The position numbers and the translations under genes were made by a program. From Patescibacteria group bacterium (GTDB taxonomy: Bacteria; Patescibacteriota; Minisyncoccia; JAHISW01; Tagabacteraceae), in the NCBI GenBank assembly GCA_042577045.1, contig JBHPEK010000002.1, positions 389 to 64,388 of the forward strand: DNA of 64,000 bases, read 5' to 3'. The notes below the pieces were generated by a model that was not told where the DNA came from, did no database searches, and was given only the letters and a program-made list of their open reading frames with translations. Positions 19,457-27,706 of the stretch are shown here, one piece after another (the stretch's first letter is position 1; every line of letters starts with the position of its first letter).

Positions 19457-19744
19457 ATGAAAGTAGTTAACATAAACAACACTAGCGACAACACCTGTAG
19501 TTGCGGTAGTTGGCTTGAGCACTGGAAGGATTTTAGTAATCAATCCCTTCCAAGTTGTTGTCCAGAAAAGAGTTGTCCCAACAAGCCTGATGTAGGAGCT
19601 CATGTGCAAAAGGATAGTGTCAATGACAATAATTGGTACATTGTTCCACTTTGCAAAGATTGTAACGCAAAAGCTGGGGGTTCGTTAGAAATTGGAGATG
19701 ATATTGCCTTGGTGGCTGCCAGTGTAAATGAAACTTGTGGTTAA
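19457..19744 (+). CDS. Small Cys/His-rich (HNH/treble-clef-like) putative zinc-binding protein
   Basis: CSCGSWLEHW, CCPEKSC, GAHV, IVPLCKDCN. Confidence 0.65.
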   Translation: MKVVNINNTSDNTCSCGSWLEHWKDFSNQSLPSCCPEKSCPNKPDVGAHVQKDSVNDNNWYIVPLCKDCNAKAGGSLEIGDDIALVAASVNETCG

Positions 19745-19862
19745 AGACTGGTTCTTGGAAAACGGATTTTAGTAGATAGAGCTTGAAAGTTCGATGTGTG
19801 TTCAGAGCGGAAGTTTGCACAGAATTGCATACATTGATGGCGATCGAAAAATCCACCTTCTA

Positions 19863-19892
19863 ATAAAAACCACCCTGCGAGGTGGTTTTTAT
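19863..19892. terminator. Intrinsic terminator at the right end of the R-M island
   Basis: ATAAAAACCACC-CTGCGA-GGTGGTTTTTAT. Confidence 0.75.
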
Positions 19893-19990
19893 GCTAAAAT
19901 AAACCCATGAATTACATATACATACTAATTGCTGGGGGTTTTGGGGTTTATGATTGTAAAGAGAACTAATTTATAGTAGCATTTAGTAAA

Positions 19991-20683
19991 ATGAACAACT
20001 CTGTATCAGTTGTAATTCCAGCTTTGAACGAGGATCAAACCTTAGAAAAAGTGACTGTAAATTTAGATGCTTTTTTAAAAAAAGGTGGTTTTGACTATGA
20101 AATAATAATTGTTGATGATGGCTCAACAGACAAAACTGGTCAAATTGCCGACCAATTGATGTCTCAAAATGAAAGAGTTAGAACACTACACAACACCAAA
20201 AATATGGGCTTTGGTTACGCTTTTAAAAGGGGGATTGAAAATGCTTCAAAGACATGGGCAACTCTTGTTACTGCAGATGATGAAGTAGAAATAGAAGACA
20301 TACCACTTTTTCTTCCCCATGCAGAAAAATCGGATATTATTATTGGCTATATAAACAATAAGTGGATAAGATCAAGGATGCGTAGATTTTTGTCGTGGGG
20401 TTTCAGGACTACCGTAAGAATATTATTTAAAATGAATTTTGAAGGTATCAATGGCATGCCATTCTATAGGGTTTCTGAAGTTAATAAACTAGACATTATG
20501 TCTGACGATTTTAGTATTCAAGCTGAGATTTTAGTTAAAGGAGCTAAGAAAGGTTTGCGGGTTGGTAAGTTCGGGTATCGTATTAAGCCTCGTCTTGCTG
20601 GTGAGGCCAAAGCAACACAACCTAAGCATATATGGAGAGCCCTTGTTTCAACTATGAAGTTGTGGCAGGATATAAAAAAGTAA
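19991..20683 (+). CDS. GT2 glycosyltransferase (polyprenyl-phosphate-sugar synthase-like)
   Basis: VVIPALNE, VDDGSTDKT, NMGFG.A. Confidence 0.88.
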   Translation: MNNSVSVVIPALNEDQTLEKVTVNLDAFLKKGGFDYEIIIVDDGSTDKTGQIADQLMSQNERVRTLHNTKNMGFGYAFKRGIENASKTWATLVTADDEVEIEDIPLFLPHAEKSDIIIGYINNKWIRSRMRRFLSWGFRTTVRILFKMNFEGINGMPFYRVSEVNKLDIMSDDFSIQAEILVKGAKKGLRVGKFGYRIKPRLAGEAKATQPKHIWRALVSTMKLWQDIKK

Positions 20684-20738
20684 ATGTTTTCCGCCGAAGG
20701 CGGACAGGTTTGAAAATAGAATAACGGAGGTTGTAAAC

Positions 20739-21806
20739 ATGAATTTACAGTTATCAGGCAACAAATTACTTTATCACCTTGACGCTTTAAGGAAGTGGCA
20801 AGAAGGTCGGGATTTTTATCCCCTAAATTTAGAGATTGGTCCCACTTCGGCTTGTAATGTTAGGTGTGTTCATTGTTACGTTCAACATCTAGAGCACAAA
20901 CGAGTATATTTACCAGATGATGCTTATCTGAATTTGATTACGGATATTATCACAGCAAAGATTAAAGCGATTGTTTTTTGTGGAACTGGTGAACCTCTTT
21001 TGCACAAGAAAACACCCGAAGCAATAGTTTTGGCTGAACAGGGTGGCATTGATGTTGGCATGATAACAAATGGAACATTGCTTACACCTAGTGTTGCCAA
21101 ACAAATTTTGCCCAAAATGACATGGATGCGTTTCAGCATTTTAGGGATAAAAGAGGAGACATATAATAAGCTTCATGGAATAAAAGGAAAAATATGGGAA
21201 AGGTTATATTCTAATCTGGAAGAAGCTTCTCGCTTGAAAAGAGAGAATGGGTATAAAGTTACTTTCGGCGTTTCCTGTGCTTTAATGCCAGAAAATGGGC
21301 ACGAGATTCATCTAATGGCAAAAAAATTTAGTGATTTAGGTTTTGATTATTTTGTGATTAGACCCGTTGGGCAAGATATGGCACATGCCATAGTTGCAGA
21401 TACGGATCTTTCCAAAAGGTTTGAAAAGGAATTGGAAATGGCTGAAAATTATTCTTCAGACACCTTTAAAGTTGTTGTTAGAAGAGAACTATTTGGTTAT
21501 GAAGAGGATCAGGAAACCAAAAGACATTATGAAAAGTGTTTAGCTCTGCCATTTCTTGCTTGCGTTGATGCCGATGGTTCTTTGTACACCTGCAATGGTC
21601 GTTGGGGGGAAGAAGATTATACTTACGGCAATATTAATCAGAAATCTTTTTTAGATATCTGGAATTCACCCGAACATAAGAAAAAAATGAAGAACTTAAT
21701 GGCTACAACAGATGTTAAAACATGCGGGATTGTATGTCGCCAGAATAGTATGAATGAATTACTCCAGCAAATTTCCGATATTCCCGACCATGTGAATTTC
21801 CTATGA
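20739..21806 (+). CDS. Radical SAM/SPASM-domain protein (paralog of 11427..12530)
   Basis: CNVRCVHC, GTGEPLLH, DADGSLYTC, C-terminal HVNFL. Confidence 0.9.
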   Translation: MNLQLSGNKLLYHLDALRKWQEGRDFYPLNLEIGPTSACNVRCVHCYVQHLEHKRVYLPDDAYLNLITDIITAKIKAIVFCGTGEPLLHKKTPEAIVLAEQGGIDVGMITNGTLLTPSVAKQILPKMTWMRFSILGIKEETYNKLHGIKGKIWERLYSNLEEASRLKRENGYKVTFGVSCALMPENGHEIHLMAKKFSDLGFDYFVIRPVGQDMAHAIVADTDLSKRFEKELEMAENYSSDTFKVVVRRELFGYEEDQETKRHYEKCLALPFLACVDADGSLYTCNGRWGEEDYTYGNINQKSFLDIWNSPEHKKKMKNLMATTDVKTCGIVCRQNSMNELLQQISDIPDHVNFL

Positions 21807-22375
21807 TGAATTTTACTTTTGAACATGTTTCCGGTTCTTGTAAATATCATCGGGATATAGGGCGGGTGTATACTTTTAAAGACTTAGTTCCTGAAGGGCT
21901 TTGTCCGCATGCATACTTTGTTGCTTATCCATATTGCTTGGGTTTATTACATGAGGCAAAGTTTAGCTGGATGAAAAATATAGATGAAAATACAGTAATA
22001 GCTCAATGTCCAGCTCCGTCAAATCCTATTGTTATGAAAATTTGGCGAGACTTAATTCCAAAAGAAAAAAGAAAAACAGACAAGGATGACGACAGATATA
22101 ACATCTTTATTGAACTAGTAGAGAAGTTGGAAGATTCTACAAAAGTTTATAAAAGTTGTCAGAATTGCGCTCAAACAATGAAAGTAGAAAGAAAATGGGA
22201 GTTTAACAAAGGTCAACTTGCTGGTATTTGTCCAGCGGCGTTTAATCAAATGTTTCCCTACCTTGTGGCGCTAGAAAATGGTGGGCATCTTGATTGGCAA
22301 AATAAAGATGGAAGTGTTACATTGCCTTGCCCAGACAATATTAGTAAGGTTAATTTCTTAGTTAAAGTAGTATAG
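21803..22375 (+). CDS. Cys-rich tandem-domain protein resembling the TIGR04076 family
   Basis: Two repeats of G(L/I)CP.A(Y/F)...PY...W......CP; coupled to the radical SAM gene. Confidence 0.55.
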   Translation: MMNFTFEHVSGSCKYHRDIGRVYTFKDLVPEGLCPHAYFVAYPYCLGLLHEAKFSWMKNIDENTVIAQCPAPSNPIVMKIWRDLIPKEKRKTDKDDDRYNIFIELVEKLEDSTKVYKSCQNCAQTMKVERKWEFNKGQLAGICPAAFNQMFPYLVALENGGHLDWQNKDGSVTLPCPDNISKVNFLVKVV

Positions 22376-22474
22376 CACAACGAAATTCAAAAAGAGTCAA
22401 CATTGTTTGGCTCTTTTTTTGATGTTAGTTTTAAGCCAAACAGTCTTTGAAAACAAAATAAAGGAGGTTATAAA

Positions 22475-24001
22475 TTGGAAACTGACAAAATTATATCTCT
22501 AGAAAACTTGATTAAAAAATTAGAGTATATTAAAAAAACAGGTGAAAAAATTATCCACTGTCATGGTTGCTTTGATTTGATACATCCTGGCCACATCAAA
22601 CATTTTCAAGCGGCAAAAAAACTTGGAGATATTTTGGTTGTTACGGTTACTTCGGATAGGCTTGTAAATAAGGGGCCGGGACGACCTGTCTTTAATCAAG
22701 ATTTAAGGATGGAGACAGTTGCGGCAATTGGTTGTGTTGATTTCGTAGTCTTAAATGATGATAGTGATTCAGTTAGTTTGATTACAACACTAAAGCCAGA
22801 CTATTTCGTGAAAGATCAAGAGTTTCAAGAAGCAGCTTGGAATGATCCAGAATCTGCTATTTATAGAGAGCGAATTGCCGTTGAGTCAGTTGGTGGAAAA
22901 TTTCATGCTACTACCGAAATACGTTTTAGTTCTAGTCGTCTTTTGGGTGATTTTTTTGGTACTCAATCTGAATCTGCTGTGGGCTTTTTGAGTTCGTTTC
23001 GCGATAGATACGCACCAGAAGAAATTATAGAAAGATTTGAATTGCTGAAGAATTTGAAAGTTTTAGTTATTGGCGATGCTATCATAGATGTTTATTCGTA
23101 TGTTGACCCAATGGGTAAATCCACGAAAGCTAATGATGTTATTGCCTGCAACTATTTATCTGAAGAAACTTTTGCCGGTGGCATAATGGCATGCGCTAAT
23201 CATCTTGCTGGTTTTTGCGAGCAAGTTGATATGTTAACATGTCTTGGAAAAAAAGGGCGTTCTTACCATGATTTTATCGTCAGTAATTTAAAAGATAATG
23301 TGAGTCCTCTTTTTTTGTTCAGAGAGGATGCGCCTACTGTTTGCAAAAGGCGGTTTATAGATGAACCTTTTCTAAACAAAATATTTGAACTTTATTATTT
23401 TGACGATCGCATGGTTTTCGAAGATGTTGAGAATGAAGCGCTAGAGGTGTTGCAGAATATTCAAGATTATGATCTTGTCTTGGTGTCTGACTTTGGTCAT
23501 GGCTTTTTAAGTCCTGAGTTGATTAACTTGATCTGCCAAAAATCTAATTTTTTGGCTCTCAATGTTCAAACCAATACTGGTAATTTTGGTTACAACTTGG
23601 TAACAAAGTATCCTCGAGCAGATTTTGTTTGTATTGATAGGCCGGAAGTTTCTTTGGCCTGTCACAAAAAAGGCGGTAACTACGAAGAAATGCTGTCGTT
23701 TTTGAGAAAAAAATTGAGCTGTCAAAACATAATTATGACTGGTGGACATGAAAGTACTTGGACTCTTGGTCCTGAGGGTTTTGGGCAGGTGCCAATTTTT
23801 TCGTCTAAAGTTGTTGATACTGTTGGTGCTGGGTGTGCTTTTTTATCGGTAGTTTCGCCGTGTGCTTTTTGGGGATGGCCTACCGAATTATTGGCTTTTG
23901 TTGGAAATGTTGTTGGCGCTTTGGCGGTTGGTATTGTTGGCAACCGTTCTTCTGTTGAGCCAAAAGATTTCTTTCGGTTCCTTACTACTCTATTGAAATA
24001 A
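22475..24001 (+). CDS. Bifunctional cytidylyltransferase-like + PfkB sugar kinase (RfaE/HldE-related), copy 1
   Basis: HGCFDLIHPGH; VIGDAIIDVY; DFGHG; DTVGAGC. TTG start with AAGGAGG SD. Confidence 0.85.
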   Translation: METDKIISLENLIKKLEYIKKTGEKIIHCHGCFDLIHPGHIKHFQAAKKLGDILVVTVTSDRLVNKGPGRPVFNQDLRMETVAAIGCVDFVVLNDDSDSVSLITTLKPDYFVKDQEFQEAAWNDPESAIYRERIAVESVGGKFHATTEIRFSSSRLLGDFFGTQSESAVGFLSSFRDRYAPEEIIERFELLKNLKVLVIGDAIIDVYSYVDPMGKSTKANDVIACNYLSEETFAGGIMACANHLAGFCEQVDMLTCLGKKGRSYHDFIVSNLKDNVSPLFLFREDAPTVCKRRFIDEPFLNKIFELYYFDDRMVFEDVENEALEVLQNIQDYDLVLVSDFGHGFLSPELINLICQKSNFLALNVQTNTGNFGYNLVTKYPRADFVCIDRPEVSLACHKKGGNYEEMLSFLRKKLSCQNIIMTGGHESTWTLGPEGFGQVPIFSSKVVDTVGAGCAFLSVVSPCAFWGWPTELLAFVGNVVGALAVGIVGNRSSVEPKDFFRFLTTLLK

Positions 24002-24011
24002 GGAGAATGCA

Positions 24012-25937
24012 ATGAGACAACAAAAGCTACTGGATCTTTTTAAAGAAATTTATTTGATTCGTCGAGTAGAAGAAAGGGTAATTGAACTTGCTAAGGAAGG
24101 ATATGTTAATCCATTGGTTCATTTATCTATTGGGCAAGAGGCTTGTGCCGTTGGTATGTGTCAGGCCTTGAAGCAGATAGATTATGTTTGGAGTAATCAT
24201 AGATGCCATGCTCATTATTTGGCCAAAGGTGGAAATCTTGCGCGGATGTTTGCTGAACTTGCTGGAAAAGAAAACGGTTGTGCTGGTGGGTGGGGAGGTT
24301 CCATGCATTTAGTTGATCCTGCTGTTAATATGATGGGATCGTCCTCAATTGTGGGAAGTAGCATTCCTCTAGCAGCTGGTTCTGCTTTGGCTTCTAAATT
24401 GAGAGAAGATGAGAGGGTTTCTGTTGTTTTTATGGGAGATGGCGCAGTTGAAGAAGGCGCTTTTTGGGAAACACTCAACTTTTCTGTTGTCCACAACTTG
24501 CCGATTATATTTTTCTGTGAGAATAATTTGTATGCCACGCATCTGCATATTTCTAAGCGTCAACCAAAAGGAGAGATTATAGATAGAGTTGGCTCTTTTG
24601 GTATTAAAACTTTTTCTGTTGATGGAAATGATGTGGAGGCAGTTTATCAAAAAGCCACAGAGGCAGTATCTGTTGCCAGAGGTTGCGTTCCAGTTTTTAT
24701 TGAAGCTAAAACTTACAGATGGAGAGAGCATTGGGGTTTTGGCGAGGATGATAGTCTAGGTTATCGGAGTCCCGAAGAAATTGCTAATTGGAAAGAAAAA
24801 TGTCCTATCAAACTTTTGGAAGAAAAAATTCCTTTAAAAGAAATTACTTGTACAAAAAAAGCAATAAGCAAGAAAATTGATCAGGCATGGCTAGGAGCTG
24901 TTACTGAGGAAAATGTTGACATTGTTGCTAAAAAAGAACGAAATTTTACTGTTCACAGTTCAGAAAGGGAATTAAGTTATCGGGAGGCAGTGGAGGAAGC
25001 TTATCTTCAAGCTATGGAGGCAGACCCAGAAGTTTTTCTTTTGGGGGAAGGGGTGGATGGTATTGCTGGTATTTATGGAACCACGCTTCATGCTTTCAGC
25101 AAGTTCGGCCCCAATAGAGTTATTGACACTCCGTTGAGCGAGGTGGCTATTACAGGAATAGCAATTGGTTCGGCTATTGCTGGGATGAGACCAGTTATTA
25201 TGCATCAAAGAATGGATTTTCTTTTACTTGCATTAAGTCAAGTTGTTCACACGGCTGCCTCTTGGAAAAGTATGACTGGTGGCCGGTTAAGTTGTCCGGT
25301 AACCATAAGGGCTTATATTGCCAGAAAGCCTGGCGAAGGAGCCCAGCATACTGGCGCTTGGCACTCTATATTTGGTCATATTCCTGGATTAAAAACAGTA
25401 ATGCCTTCTAATTCTTATGACGTAAAGGGTTTGACTGTCTCTGCAATTTTTGACGATGATCCGGTATTGATTTTAGAACACAGAGACCTGAACGAGAGTA
25501 AATCTCTAGTGCCGGACGGTTTATACAAAGTTCCTATCGGTGAGTCAAGAATTATACGAGAGGGTATGGGTATTACAATTGTTTCTGTCTCAGCGGAAAT
25601 AGAAAAAGTGCTTGAAGCTGCAGGTTCCTTGGGTGAAAAAAATATTTCTGTTGAAGTGATAGATCTTGTAAGCGTAAGGCCAATTGATAAAAGGACAATT
25701 ATTTCTTCGGTTGAAAAAACGGGCAAGTTACTAGTTGTTGATACCGGGTTTCCAACTTATGGTGTTAGCGCTGAAATATGCGCAATAGTTGTAGAAGAAG
25801 TGGGAATGAAGAAGAAGTCAGTTAGAAGGATGGGAACGCTAGAATTCCCTGCGCCAGCATCCAAGTTACTTTTAGGTAATTATCACCCAAGTGTTGGGCA
25901 GATTATTACCACTGTTCTTGAGATGGTCGGAAGTTAA
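24012..25937 (+). CDS. Fused alpha+beta E1 ThDP-dependent (pyruvate/acetoin dehydrogenase-like) enzyme
   Basis: HLSIGQEA, GGSMH and GDGAVEEG..ENN in the alpha part; GEGV, DTPLSE, GAQH and EVIDL in the beta part. Confidence 0.88.
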   Translation: MRQQKLLDLFKEIYLIRRVEERVIELAKEGYVNPLVHLSIGQEACAVGMCQALKQIDYVWSNHRCHAHYLAKGGNLARMFAELAGKENGCAGGWGGSMHLVDPAVNMMGSSSIVGSSIPLAAGSALASKLREDERVSVVFMGDGAVEEGAFWETLNFSVVHNLPIIFFCENNLYATHLHISKRQPKGEIIDRVGSFGIKTFSVDGNDVEAVYQKATEAVSVARGCVPVFIEAKTYRWREHWGFGEDDSLGYRSPEEIANWKEKCPIKLLEEKIPLKEITCTKKAISKKIDQAWLGAVTEENVDIVAKKERNFTVHSSERELSYREAVEEAYLQAMEADPEVFLLGEGVDGIAGIYGTTLHAFSKFGPNRVIDTPLSEVAITGIAIGSAIAGMRPVIMHQRMDFLLLALSQVVHTAASWKSMTGGRLSCPVTIRAYIARKPGEGAQHTGAWHSIFGHIPGLKTVMPSNSYDVKGLTVSAIFDDDPVLILEHRDLNESKSLVPDGLYKVPIGESRIIREGMGITIVSVSAEIEKVLEAAGSLGEKNISVEVIDLVSVRPIDKRTIISSVEKTGKLLVVDTGFPTYGVSAEICAIVVEEVGMKKKSVRRMGTLEFPAPASKLLLGNYHPSVGQIITTVLEMVGS

Positions 25938-25950
25938 TATAAAAAACAAA

Positions 25951-25977
25951 AAGGGATTGCTTCGGCAATCCTTTTTT
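25951..25977 (+). terminator. Intrinsic terminator
   Basis: AAGGGATTGC-TTCG-GCAATCCTTT followed by T tract. Confidence 0.8.
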
Positions 25978-26058
25978 ATTTTGTCAATATTGCCTTGTTT
26001 TTAATGGTTGTGGTAATTTAGATTTAGATAAGAACTTTGAAAAAGGTGGTGATACCGT

Positions 26059-27582
26059 ATGTCAGAAGAAAAGATAAAAAGTCTAGAAGAATTAAGACCC
26101 ATAATTGACGACCTTAAAAAAAGAGGAAAGAAGATTGTTTTGAGTCATGGAGCTTTTGACTCAATTCAACATGGTCATCGTCATTATCTGAGAGAATCCA
26201 AGAAATTAGGAGATATTCTTGTTGTTTCTGTGGTGGCTGATAAATTTGTCCGGAAAGGGCTAACTAATCCTATCTTTAATCAAGATGTTCGTATGGAAAC
26301 CATTGTATCTTTTGAGTTTGTTGACTTTGTTGTGCTTTGTGAAGAGTTGGGTGCTTGGGACATTATCCAAGGTATTGAACCAGATATTTATGCCAAAGGT
26401 ACAGATTCCAAAAGACAGCTAGACAATCCTGCTAGCGGTCTAAGCAAAGAACGCAATGCAGTAGAAAGACATGGGGGTGAGATTTGCTTTACGCAGTCTT
26501 TTCCTATTCATAGTGTGAATATTTTAAATAGGTACTCGAACAATATACCTGAAGATATTTTAGTTTTTCTCGGGGAATTTGGTGAAAAATACAACATGGC
26601 TGATATAACAGAATTTTTAGATAGATTGTGTGGCTTAAAAGTTTTAGTTATTGGAGAGACGGTTGTAGACGAGTATCGTTTCATGTCTCCTTTGGGAAAA
26701 CCATCAAAAGCAACTGTATTGTGTGCGCAATATAAGAACAAGGAGATATTTGCCGGCGGTGCAATAGTATTAGCTAATCATATAGCCAGCATTTGTTCTA
26801 ATGTTGATTTGATTAGTTCTTTAGGAAGAAAGGATTCTCAAGAGAGTTTTATAAGGAGTTCCTTAAAATATAATGTTACTCCATACTTTCTTTTTCAAGA
26901 TGATATACCAACCACTGTTAAGCGCCGATTTATCGATCAAACCAGTGGCTCTAAGTTGTTTGAAGAGTATATATATGAAAAAAAGGCTCTTTTGGTGAGT
27001 GATGAAAAGAAACTAGCCCAACACCTTAAGAAGTCTTTGCCAAAGTATGACTTGGTAATTGTTCTAGACTATGGACAAGGTTTTTTTTCTGAGAATGTTA
27101 TAGATGTTTTGTCTAAAGAATCCAAATTTTTAGCCGTTAATGCTCAGACAAACAGTGGGAATACTGGATTTAATTATGTAACTAAATATCCAGAAACTGA
27201 TTTTGTTTGTATTGATGAAATGGAAGCTAGGCTTGCTGTGCAAGACGATGAAATGGGTTTAAAAAAAGTAATTGGATCTATTTGTGAAAAAACCGGAGCA
27301 GATAAAATTATTGTTACCTTGGGGGGTGCTGGGTGTTTGTCCTATGAAAGAAATGGCAAATTTGTAAAAACTCCTTCTTTTGCTTTCAGCGTATTAGACC
27401 CAGTTGGCGCTGGCGATACTTTTTTAGCGTTTTCGTCTCCGTGTGTGGCAAGTAACTTTCCAATGGAAGTAGTTTCTTTTATTGGTTCTGTTGCTAGTGC
27501 CGTAGCCGTCGGTATTTTGGGGAATAAGTCTTCTGTAAGTAAAGAAGAGTTCCTAAAAGTTGCTGGCAGTCTTTTAGAATAA
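26059..27582 (+). CDS. Bifunctional cytidylyltransferase-like + PfkB sugar kinase, copy 2
   Basis: HGAFDSIQHGH; VIGETVVDEY; DYGQG; DPVGAGD. Confidence 0.85.
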   Translation: MSEEKIKSLEELRPIIDDLKKRGKKIVLSHGAFDSIQHGHRHYLRESKKLGDILVVSVVADKFVRKGLTNPIFNQDVRMETIVSFEFVDFVVLCEELGAWDIIQGIEPDIYAKGTDSKRQLDNPASGLSKERNAVERHGGEICFTQSFPIHSVNILNRYSNNIPEDILVFLGEFGEKYNMADITEFLDRLCGLKVLVIGETVVDEYRFMSPLGKPSKATVLCAQYKNKEIFAGGAIVLANHIASICSNVDLISSLGRKDSQESFIRSSLKYNVTPYFLFQDDIPTTVKRRFIDQTSGSKLFEEYIYEKKALLVSDEKKLAQHLKKSLPKYDLVIVLDYGQGFFSENVIDVLSKESKFLAVNAQTNSGNTGFNYVTKYPETDFVCIDEMEARLAVQDDEMGLKKVIGSICEKTGADKIIVTLGGAGCLSYERNGKFVKTPSFAFSVLDPVGAGDTFLAFSSPCVASNFPMEVVSFIGSVASAVAVGILGNKSSVSKEEFLKVAGSLLE

Positions 27583-27612
27583 AAAGTCAAATCATATAGA
27601 TTTGACTTTTTT
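27581..27612 (+). terminator. Intrinsic terminator whose right arm contains a candidate -35 (TTGACT) for the next gene
   Basis: AAAAAGTCAAATC-ATATA-GATTTGACTTTTT. Confidence 0.7.
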
Positions 27613-27706
27613 AGTTTTGTGTTATATTTTCTTATTAACTGACGATTAGAGAACATTGAAAACCAACCCTGCTTCGCCAAGGCTTTGCAGGGCAAGGGAG
27701 GACTTT

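Noticed and set aside
19737-19990. Possible gene remnants after the small Cys-rich gene
   Set aside because: Short interrupted frames with no recognisable homology; cannot support a pseudogene call.
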